From positions 37,717-101,716 of the forward strand of contig NW_015172017.1 in assembly GCF_001447785.1 (NCBI RefSeq): DNA of 64,000 bases, given 5' to 3'. Every line of letters begins with the position of its first letter. The first letter of the stretch is position 1. This document shows, one piece after another, positions 23,001 to 35,000 of the stretch. The notes under the pieces are model-generated. The model did not search any database. It was given only the letters and a program-made list of their open reading frames with translations, and had not been told where the DNA came from. The stretch comes from Gekko japonicus (taxonomy: Eukaryota). The position numbers and the translations under genes were made by a program.

Positions 23001-26000
23001 GCAACACTTACCTTCAAGCTATATCTTCTAACCAGTTGGAAATCTGGGACGACTCACCTCCTCAGAATAAGCTTTTATTTCCCCTTCTGGATTCAGATCT
23101 TGCAATTGTACCAAGTTTCATGGCTAGTGTGCACACTTAATGCGACACATAGGGCAGTGACTGAGAATTAGAAGTGCAGCCGGCCTCTGCAACGGAGGCT
23201 CTGCAGGGGAAGGAGCAATGGGAGGCCGGAGGACATCTGCCAGACTCGGCACTTTTGTAAAGGACCTGTTGCCCTCCTAACTCTAGGGCAGATGTTGCTT
23301 TGGTGTTCACCCCAGCCTTTTCTCTGTGCCTGGCAGTTCTGGTGGCTATTAGACACAAGGTATGGATAGGAGCTCTCAGTGTCTGGGGCAAGGAATGCTC
23401 TGTATTCTAGGTGCTTTTGGGTGGGGGGCAACAGTGGGAGGGCTTCTATTGTCCTCACCCCACTGGTGGACCTCCTGATGGTACCTGGTATTTTTGGACA
23501 CTGTGTGACAGAGTGTTGGACTGGATGGGCCACTGGCCTGACCCAACATGGGCTTCTGTTCTGTTCTTAAAGTGCTGCCAAGTCGCAGCCGACTTCCAAG
23601 GACCTCCAAAGGTTGTTCAAGGCAAGAGAGGAACAGAGGTGGTTTGCCATTGCCTCTCCCTGCTTACCAACCATGGACTCCCTTGGTGGTCTCCCATCCA
23701 AGTACTAACCGGGGCTGACCCTGCTTAGCTTCCAAGGTCTGACGAGCTCGGGTTCACCTGGGCCATCCAGACCAAGGCAATTTCTAGGTGTGTTTAAAGA
23801 ACGGGAGAGGCCTGTCCCATTTGCAAGGTGAATCTTTTCATTATCCTCTCTATTTTCTCACACGATTTCCTCAGCTCAGGAGCAATCCGGATAACACAGA
23901 GGCCCAGAGCCAACTTGCACGAGTCAGCGAACTGGAGTTCTCCATGCAAGAGGCCCGGACTGCCTTCCAGAGGAGAAACTACCTAGGAGCAATCAGTATT
24001 CTGGATCGAGCAATTGAGGTACTTCCGGCCTACAACTTTCTGGCCCAGAGGGTGGAGAGTTGCTCTCGGGTTCAGGTGATCTGGCCTCAAATTCTCACTT
24101 AATCGGGGACTGAGTGTGACCCTGAAACCGGTTGCTCTGGGAAGCGTCAAGATCAGTGATGGTGAACCTTTTAGAGACCAAGTGCCCAAACTGCAACCCA
24201 AAACCCACTTATTTATCGCAAAGTGCCAACACGGCAATTTAACCTGAATACTGAGGTTTTACTTTAGAAAAAACAACTCATACATTAACATGAGATGATC
24301 CAAACAAAGTAAGGAAAGCAATCCCAAATGCTTTCATTTACTTAAAATTATTTGGCAGAGAATTCGACACTTTAATGATGGTCTGGGCCTGGCTGGGACG
24401 ATGGTACACGTGCCTACAGAGAGGGCTCTGAGTGCCACCTCTGGCACCCGTGCCATAGGTTTGCCACCACTGGTCTAGGTCATTGTCTAACTGTTAATGC
24501 CCAGACAACATGTACTCTAGTAGCCATTTGGTGTGGAGGGTGTTTCAACCTCCCAAGGGTTTCATAGAGCATGACACTAGCTGCAGAAAGGGGCAAGTCT
24601 ACACTCCTTTCAGCGTCTCCCTTTGGAAGTGTGCAGAAAGAGAACCTCAGCAAAGTTGCCAGGGGGAAAGTATAAGGAAAACAGAGAGGATGTGGGTCTT
24701 CTCAGTTTCATCTTGCATCCTTCATTTCTTGTTCCCATTCAGTGGAACTTGGTTAAAAGTGACCCAGACTCCATCAGAGTACATACACTACAGACAAAAA
24801 ATTACTAGCTGGGGCTGACGGAGAGACTCTATGGGACCTGAGCCATTGACCTTGTCGAGGTTGAGGAACGAGCAGAACAAGCTTGTACAAGACTGGCTGC
24901 AAAGGCCTGGATCCAGCAGTGCACAAATGGAAACATGAGCAGACCTAGAGCAGTTCCACTTGACGAGATCTTGCGCAACCCCAAGAACTTCCCGCCCTGT
25001 AAATTACAGTGCCCAGAGATTGATGGTGTCAGATCTCACGCAATTGGAAACCCAAGTGGGGATGCAATAAATCTGTCTTTGCGCAAGCAACGACTCTAGC
25101 CTTTCTTCTTGTGTTTCTTCTTCACAAGAGCTGTAGAACACACAGAAATATTGCATAGGATCTAGCCCATTGTTTTATAAGGTCCCCCCCCCCTTTTCAA
25201 TTTGAACCCCACTGTTCAGTTTTGAGCCCGATTAAAATAATATTGTCAGTTCCCCTGCACTGAGACTGCAGTCTGGGGGTGGGGGGGTGGCTGCAGTATG
25301 AAATGGACGTGTCGCGGTAAGACAGCTGACCTTTTTGTATTGAGAGGGTTATGTGATTGGCACCCCCCTTGGACCAAATCAAAGGCGTATGAGCTGTCCA
25401 AGCTGAAAAAGCTTGGATGGGCGGGGTCGCGAAGGAGGGTATTGAATCCGCAGGGAGGTCTCTGTTCTCCCCCCCCCCGGTGCTTCTCTCCCCTCCCCCC
25501 AGCCATTCCAAGCTCAGACATTGCTGGGAGAGATTGAGTGATCGACCATTGGGATTTCCCCCAAGCCCTTCAGGGAAGGGGATGCTGACGGAGCTCTAAA
25601 GAGTTTCAGGGTGGCGCAGGTTGCTACCGCCTGCTAGTAACATCTACGAACAGCTGCTACAGCTGTTCGAAACCCGCCGCGGCCAGAGTGAGCACCTGGC
25701 CCCAGTCCCAGCTCCCGCTAACCCAGCGGTTCGAAAGCAGGAATTAACATTTAAAAAAAACTGCGAGTAGATAAATTGGGTACCTACCTTAGATGGTAGG
25801 GGGCACCCTCCCCCGTCAAGGGGGTTTGTGGAGTATCGGTGGCGAGCAGTGAACGGCAGAAAACGGCGAGCGGCAAAGATGGCGACTGAGTGCAACATCT
25901 GCGGTGGACCGGACGTGGCGGAAAGGCGGAGCCAGGAGACGCGAGGTTCGTGGAAGGCGCAGGCACGGCGGAGCCTAAGCGTACAGAGCCGGAGCCGCGC

Positions 26001-29000
26001 CGGAGCGTACCGCGCGCTAGAGGGGCCTGCTGGTCCACCACCGGAAGACCGTTGAGGAGAAGGAGGAAGTGAGAGCTGGAAGCCGAGCCGACAAGCCGAC
26101 CGGGAGGAAGAAGATCAACAAAGACCCTCCACAGGGTGCCGGTAGGGCAGTCCCCATCCCCAGTATATGTGGCCATAGGTAGGGATAATCGATTAACTGT
26201 AAGCTGCTCAGAGACCCCCTGGGGGTTCGAGCGGGGTAGAAAGTTGAAAGATAAATAAATAAATAAATAACCACCCTTCGGTTTGCTTCAGATTTCTCCC
26301 TGGGACCCGGAAGCCAAGGAGCTGCGCTCCGAGTGCCACCTGTTCCTGGGCGACTACGACAAGGCCATCCTCGATCTGAAGCCCACCACCAAGCTGCGCA
26401 ACGACAACAGGGGGGCTTTCCTGAAGCTGAGCAAGCTCTACTACAACCTGGGGGAGCACGAGGAGTCCTTGAAGTGAGTGGCTGCTGCCGTCGTCGTCTG
26501 TAAATGAAAAGGTGGAAACGCTCCCACAAAGTTTTTCAGACAAGTAATGATACACATAGGAATGTGTTAAATACATTGAATACGTAAACACATGCAGCAC
26601 TTCAAAAGAATGTAATGCACGTCATAGTGTCACACAAGCCACAGAACGGTGATTCTTAAAGTAACATGATCCTAAAAGGTCCACAGGGACAATAACAGTC
26701 CATAGAGAAAATACTGTCCCAGTATACCCTGATGTAAAATTAAGACCATTTTGAAGACCAGAGCTATTTTTGGGCAGGAACGCACAGGAACGGAGTTCCG
26801 GCTGGCTCCTGAGATGGCCACACCCAGCAGGAACTCATTAGCATAATAGGTCACACCCAACAGCGAACACTCATTAGGATTGGCTACAATGGGGGGGTGT
26901 GGTCTAACATGCAAAGGAGTTCCTGCTACAAAAAAGGCCCTGGTTTTGACAACAAAAAAGGTAAACAGAATAAGAAGCAAAACGTGGGTGTGGCTGGATG
27001 ACCACACTTCTGGAAACATGGGGGGGTGGCCTATAATGCCAATGAGCTGTGCTGTCAGGGGTGTGGCCTAATATGCTAATGAGTTCCTGCTGTTGGGTGT
27101 GGCCTATTATGCTAATGAGTTCCTGCTGGGCTTTTTCCACACAAAAAATCCGTCGGAGACAATCCTTCATCAAAGGGTATAGTGAGTTAAGAACAGTGAC
27201 GATGCACAAATCAAAATGCTATTTTATATCAAGCGGAGTCCAAGGCTTCTTAGCAAATCCACAACTCAACGGTATCAACTCTAGCAGGCTAGATACTAGT
27301 ACTGCTGTGAAGGCAGGCCACGGTCTGGGGGGGGGGATTGGGCAGGACAGGCAGCTTTCTGTCTCCGGAGAAGCAGACCGGACCCCGATCTCTCTTTCCG
27401 CAGCCAAGTGCGGGAGTGCCTGAAGCTGGACCAGGACGACAAAGACTGCTTCTCCCACTACAAGCAGGTGAAAAAGCTCTCCAAGCAGCTGGAAGCGGCC
27501 GAGGAGCACGTCAGAGCTCAGAGGTGCGTCTGGCCCGTCAGGGTCCTCCCTTTGCATTCTGGGGTTCTCATCTGCAGGGGGGAAGCTGCTTTTAGATGTC
27601 ATGGAAGCAAAAGCAGTTTGCCCATCGTTGCTTCCCACGTGAGTCTTCGGCTGTAGTCATGGGAAGGCTTTATCCTGAAATTCAGTCCCTTCATCTCAGG
27701 CCCATTCCGCATCTAGCATCCGCTCCGCTGTTTTACCAAACCCACATTGGAACAGAAATTCCCCTCTACCTTGCATGTCACTTTCCCTTTCTCTGATTGT
27801 CGGATTTGATGGTAGCCTCCACATTGCATGCCAGTTTCACTTCCTTGATCTCGTGGTTTTACAGTACTGTCTGCATAGATTTATGGCTGTTGGGGGGGGG
27901 GGCTCTGCAGTCAGTACAGCGTTGGCCCGGGGTATTTGAACGTGGTTTTGAGCCGTATCTTTTTCTGTTCTCGCTTGGGTTTGGTAAAACGACAGAACGA
28001 ATGCTAGATGCAGAATGGGCCTCAGTTTCTTAGTCTCGCGCTCAAGCCTGCCTTGGTGGCATTCAAAGGCAGAAAAGTAAAAGCCGGAATTTGGCAGAGT
28101 AAGAGTAATCGCATTGAATCAGGCTGAAATGTCCATATAATTCAGATTCTGTTTTCAGCAGGCCACGAGGAAGTCATGAGGGAAATGGGCCTTTGTCCGT
28201 CCTGTTTCCCCCACATCTGAGATTCAAAGGTGTACTGCTCTTGGATGTGGAGGTTCCATTTAGCCATCCTCCTTCCCTATGAAATCTTTTTATTCAGAGC
28301 CTTCTAAGACAGTGGCCATTATCCTGCCTTGTGGAAGTGAGTTTCATAACGGTGAAGATGTATATTTTTTTTACCTGTTTTGTTCTTACTGCTGAAAACA
28401 TAAGAAGATTCCTGCTGCATCCGCCCAGTGGTCCAACTAATCCGGCATCATGTCTCAGACAGTGGCCAACCAATTCCGCTGGAGGGCCAACAACAGGGCA
28501 TAGAGGGCCAAGGCCTTCCCCTGAAGTTGCCTCCTGGCACTGGTATTCACAGGTGGACCGCCTCTGAATGTAGAGGTTCTCTTTAGACACCGTGGCTAGT
28601 AGCCACTGATGATAAGTTTCATGGCGTGAGTCCAAACTCTAGTACTGTGAGGGGAGAAAAATACCTTGGCTCTCATGTTGTTCCCTCCCGATCTTTCTTC
28701 CCCCTCTAGGAATATAACAGTTCTGAATTGTAGATCCTGTCCCCGGTCTGCACTCGCATCGAGTCATTGCACACTACTCAATAATCCTTCTTTACTAACA
28801 GAACGCAAAATCGAACCCACATGTTTGTTCTCTCTCGACGTGCCCGTCAGGTGGCCTCAACCGTAGCCCTTCCCCCACACCCGTCCTTTCTTCATTCCCA
28901 AACGCTGAGACTTCTGTCTCGCTCCCGTAACAGGTATGAAGAAGCCATCGAGAAGTACAAAGCCGCAGTCAAAACGGAGCCCAACGTGGCCATCTACACC

Positions 29001-32000
29001 ACCAAGGCGAAAGGACACATCTGCCACTGTTTAACCAAGGTAAGGGACATAAGAGCAGCCATGTTGGATCAAGCCAGTGGCCCATCCAGCCCAACACTCT
29101 GTGTCAGACTGTGGCCAAAAGCCAGAGACCATCTTCGCCCAAGGGAGGCAAAATCTAAACGAATCTAGCTTAACAAAAAAGAAGTGTCAGTTTGGGGCAC
29201 TGTGGTTGGTTAGTGTGTTGGGCTAAGAATTAGGAGACCAAGGTGGAAATCCCCACAATCTACCATGACACTTGGTAGCTACCTCGGACCAGTTGCCCTC
29301 TCTCTCAGACCGGCCCTACCTCACAGGGTTGTTGGAAGGATAAAATGGGAGAGAAGCATGCAGGCCTCGCTGAACTCCTCAGAGGAAGAGCAGGTTGAAA
29401 ATGTTCTGGATACATTTTTTTTTCGTGTGTGGTTGGAATGGAAAAGGTGTAAGGTCTTTTTAAAGTATTTCCCATTGTCTTGAAATGTTATCAGTTTGTT
29501 GAACTTTAAAACAATTTCTATCCAGCCCTTCCCCCAGGGAGTTTTAGGAAATGTAGATGGTTCTTCCCTTCCTCCTCCATTTATCCGTACAACAACCCTG
29601 TGACGTAGGTTGAGCTGAGATAATGTGGTTGGTTCACAGTCACTCAGTTTCATGACTGAGAAGAAGAAGAGGTTGGATTCATACCCCGCCCTTCACTACC
29701 CAAAAGAAGTCTCAGAGCAGCTTACAATCTCCTTCCCCTCCCCACAACAGACACCCTGTGAGGTAGGGGGGGCCGAGAGAGCTCTCTCGAGAACTGCCGT
29801 TGAGAGAACAGCTCTGAAAGAACTTGTGACTGGCCCAAAGTCACACCAGCAGCTGCATGTGGAGGAGTGGGGAATCGAACCCGGTTCTCCCAGATTAGAG
29901 TCCGCACATTTATCCACTACACCAAACTGGCTCTTAAGGTGGGGCTTGGACCCACGTCTCCCTTGTGGTATTCCAACACACTAACCGCCGCCCTGACTTG
30001 GGTGGCCCAGGCTCAGGGCTCCTTTTCTGGGAAAAGAGGTGCCAGAACTCTCAAGAGGGAAATGGAAGTTTTCAATCTGTATACTGAAAACTCATGAGCT
30101 TTTAAACATTTTGAAAAGAATTTTGTCAAAGAGGTTCCGGAACTCCATTCCGGCACGTCCCCCCCCCCCCCCGGAAAAAAAATTCCTGCCCAGACTAGCC
30201 TGATCTGGTCAGACCTCGGAAGTTTAGCAGGGTCGGCCTCGGCTAGCATTTGGACGGGCGACCTCCAAGGAATACCAGGGTCGTGACGCAGAGGCAGGCA
30301 ATGGCAAAACCACCTCTGAAACGTCTCTTGCCTTAAAAACAAGCCTACACCAACAAACAGAAATACCGTGGGGAATAACGAAAGCAAGTGGGCGAAATAT
30401 ATGTATATGCATGTGTAAACGAAAATGCATCAACAATAATTAAGTCACAACGTTTCAGCATTTAGAGATAATCTCAGCATTCAAAGTGCACATTGCAGGT
30501 TAAAGTCCAAATCCCCTGCCAAAGGAAGCCATAACCGTCAACATGAAATAAAGTTGTTTGTAGAAATAAAGTGCTTGTGTGTGTAATTCTTATCAATAAG
30601 ATATTAAATGTTCCTTCTTCCTTTAACAATAACGTTGACTTTGAAATTGTTTCGCAAAACGCTTCTTCGGAAGAGGATGCAGGAACATAATATTGCTTCA
30701 GTGCTTGATGTGAAAGTAACTTTGTTGAACTCTCTTGATTTGTGAATATTATGTTCCTGCATTCTCTTCCAAAGAAGCGTTTTGCAAAACAACTTCCAGG
30801 TCGACATTATTGTTAAAGGAAGAAGGAACACTCATAGCTTATGGATAAGAATTACACACACAAGCATTTCATTTCTACGAACAACTTTATTCTGTGTTGA
30901 TGGTCATGGCTTGCTTTGATACGGATTTGGACATTTACATGCAATATGCACTTCTAATGTTGATATTATCTCTGAATGCTGAAAAGTTGAGATTTTATTA
31001 TTGTTAATGCATTTTCAGTTGCACGCAGACACACAAAGACATGTTTTGCTTACTTGTTTTCATTATTCACCGTGGTATTTTTGTTTGTTGTATAATCTTC
31101 CATGGTTCTCTCTGGCTCGCCACCTAGTGGTGCATAATGCCAAAAGAGCTGGAACTCTTGGCTGCCAGATCTCCTGGCTATACTTCACACACTGCCATGG
31201 CTATCTTTGGGCAGGAACGCACAGGAACGGAGTTCCGGCTGGCTCCCGAGTTGGCCACGCCCAGCAGGAACTCATTAGCATAATAGGCCACACCCAACAG
31301 CAGAAACTCATTTGGATTGGCTACATTAGCGGTGTGTGGCCTAACATGCAAAGAAGTTCCTGCTACAAAAAAAGCCCTGGGTTTTGACAACAGACAAGGT
31401 AAACAGAATAAGAAGCGAAAGGTGGGTGTGGCTGGATGACCAGACTTCTGATAACATGGGGGTGTGGCCTAATGTGTTAATGAGCTGTGCTGTCAGGGGG
31501 TGTGGCCTAATAGGCTAATGAGTTTCTGCTGTTGGGTGTGGCCTATTATGCTAATGGGTTCCTGCTGGGCTTTTTCTACAAAAAGAGCCCTGCCTGACAC
31601 TGCCATGCGATAATTATTAATTAATTTGTTATTACTCTAACCACTACACTTCATTTGTTCTAGAGGTAAAACCATGGATGTTTTACCGTCTAGAGATCCA
31701 TGGTCACTTTTCCCTCCTCTGCCACCGGCTCCCCATTTGTCCACAGTCATGTCGCTCGGCTTCTTTCCGCCTCAGCTCCTGTCCGTAAAAACTGGGGCTT
31801 CCTAACCTATAAAGTTGGAGGCTGTCTAGTGAACTGGCAGCCAGTGATGTGAAGGTGATGCATTTCTTGGGAACCCGGTGGCACGGAGTCAGTTGTCCTT
31901 CCCACCCGCCTCCTGCTACAGAGCAAACAGCCCCGCGAAGCCATCGATGTTTGCACGGAAGCCCACCACCTGGACCCCAGGAATGTCTTCATCCTGCGAG

Positions 32001-35000
32001 ACAGAGCCGAGGCGTACATCCTGAACGAGGAGTTTGAGAAAGGTAGGAGGAGAGGGGGTTGGGGCCCTTGAGAACATCTCCCAGAGACAAATCCTGCCCT
32101 AAAAATGTGATTCTAAATTGATTATCGCAAACTGGAACTCAGCTGAGGCCACCAGAAAAACTGCCCAGCGGCCTTTTCAACAGGGGCGGCTGAAAGTATG
32201 TTGCCATGCTGGTGCCATATTGTGAGTCCAAACAGCCCCAGCAGTGCTGTAGCCTTGGTCGGTCACTGCCTCCTATAGTCACACAACCATTGGCCCTCCT
32301 GTACAGCTGCAAGCCAGCCAAAACAGCTGCCCGTCAATGCTCCCTCTAAGCTGTGGAGTCTTGTGAGCAAAAATTCTACTTTGTGAGCCACCGGCCTTAA
32401 AAGTTGTGAGCGAGAAATTTGGCCACTGCATACATTTGTTTGCCCTGGAGCCATCCTTCCAGAGCGAAGACAAAAATGTGTGAGCCCGAGGCTAAAAAAA
32501 CCTGTGAGCTAGCTGACACACACTCAGCTTAGAGGAACACTGGTGCTCGTACATGTGCCTTCTCTGTTGTGGAACCCACCGTGTGCGATGGCCTGCCTGG
32601 AAAGATTAGGACAGCTCCTGCCTTTCCGCAAACTGTGAAAAACCGAATGATTTAAGGGGGCTTTTCTATGCAAGCAATAGAGTTGCAGTGGGCTAAATCA
32701 TTCACAAAGTTCCTTGGAACAATCATTAGGGACTGTGGTCCATTCTACTGTGTTTAGCTTGCGAAAACGAGGATCCAACTTGGAGTATTTGCATCATTTA
32801 TTGTGTCACATTAATAGTTCTGGGGGGTTTTTTAGATTTCTGGTTGGTTCCCGAAACCTATTGTATTGTTAACTGACTGTCGATTATATTGACTCTCTCT
32901 GTGCAGTCCACTTTGAATCCAAGTGAGAAAGGCAGACGATAAAGCATGTAAATAAAGTAAAATTTGAAAAAATTTAAATGCCTCTGTTGCTCCCTTGACT
33001 CACGCCACGTGAAGTCCATGGGTGTGGTTTGATTTAGGATTTCACTGGGAAACAGGGGCATGAAACCTTCACACACACACACGCATCCTGAGCATTAGAG
33101 CCTTTTATTTATTCCTTACGTATCTGCTCTGCCTTTCTTCCTTCGCAAAATCCAGGGTGCTCCCTCTAAGCTGTGGAGTCTTGTGAGCAAAAATTCTACT
33201 TTGTGAGCTGCTGGCATTAAAAGTTGTGAGCGACCGATTTGGCCGCTGCCTTAATCAGTTTGCTCTGGAGCCCTCCTTCCTGAGCGAAGACAGAAATGTG
33301 TGAGCCGGAGGCTAAACAACTGTGAGCCAGCTCACACTAACTCAGCTTAGAGGGAACGCTGCGAATCCCACCTGGGCCCTGGCAAGACCCAGAACCTCTT
33401 GGCTGCAGCGCAACGGCTGTTATCGCTTATTTCATTTATGTGATTTATCATTGGCCTTTCTCATTGAGACCCGAGACAAAGGAAGCAGTCCCCATCTGCT
33501 CTCTAACCACCCGCTTGAGACCGTTGCCCCAGTCCGGAAGCTTATGACCAGCCCGGGAGTCCCGCAAAACCAGGGTTCATTTGCCTGTCCCTTTTCACAT
33601 TCCTTTTTGCAAACACAGTGACCTGAAGCTTGCATTTCGCATCCAAGCAAAAACCAATATCCTCTGGATTTGTGCCTTCAGTCCCAACCAGTCTTCCCTC
33701 TAAGCTGAGTTAGTGTGAGCTAGCTCACAGTTTTTTAGCCTCCGGCTCACACATTTTTGTTTTAGCTCAGGAAGAATGGCTCCAGAGCAAACTAATTGAT
33801 ACAGCAGCCAAATCGCTTGCTCACAACTTTAATGCCAGTAGCTCACAAAGTAGGACTTTTGCTCACGAGACTCCACAGCTTAGAGGGAGCATTGGTCCCA
33901 ACCCTGCCTGCCTCCTGAACTCCCAGCCCTGCCCCCTAGCAAACGACACAGAAAGGTTGTGCGGTTTGGGGGGAAGGGGACGTTAACACTCTCTGCCTCT
34001 CTCGTAGCTGTTGAAGATTACCAGGAAGCCAAAGAGTTTGACGGGGAAAATGAAGAGCTGAAGGAAGGACTGGAGAGGGCGCAGAAGCTGCTGAAGCAGT
34101 CAAAGAAACGGGACTATTACAAGATCCTGGGGATCCGGAGGTACGTGTGCCGTCTTTGGAACTCCTTTGCGGCCTGAAACGGGAGCGTATCCAGGTCACC
34201 AAAGGCTTTAAAAAAATTATTCCCCACTTTTCTCCCCTAAGTGGCTCACAAAAGTATTCTCCCTTCTTCCATTTTATCTTCACAACAGCACCCTGTAACA
34301 GAGGTTAGGCTAAGAGAGAGAGAGAGTGATTGTCCCAAGGTCCGCAGCAGAGTGGGAATTCGAACCTGGGTCTCCCAGGCAGTGTTCCCTCTAAGCTGAG
34401 TTAGTGTGAACTAGCTCACAGTTTTTTTAGCCTCTGGCTCACACTTTTTTGCCTTCGCTCAGGAAGGAGGGCTCCAGAGCAAACTAATTTATGCAGCAGC
34501 CCAATCGCTCGCTCGCGACTTTAATGACAGTAGCTCACAAAGTAGAATTCTTGCTCACAAGACTCCACAGCTTAGAGGGAACGTCCTACTCTGAAACTCT
34601 GACCACTACACCACAATGGCTACTAGTTTTGTTTTTTGTTTTGTCCAAGCACTGCTAGCAAAAGGTTTACTGGGGATTGGTTTTAGAGGATTTTGGACAA
34701 TGAACATCCAGTGGCCCATCCAGTCCCACACTGTCACACAGTAGCCAAAAATACCAGGTGCCATCAGGAGGTCCACCAGTGGAGCCAGGACACTAGAAGC
34801 CCTCCCCCTGTTGCCCCCCCCCCCAAGCACCAAGAATACAGAGCATCACTTGCCCCAGACCAAGAGTTACTATCTATATACCTTGTGTCTGATAGCCACT
34901 GATGGATCTCTGATGGACCTCAGTGGATTGAGGATCCCCTCTGTTTTGCAACCCTAAAGAGCTTCTCCTTCAAAAATCAGGCTGTGCTTTGGTGGGCCTT

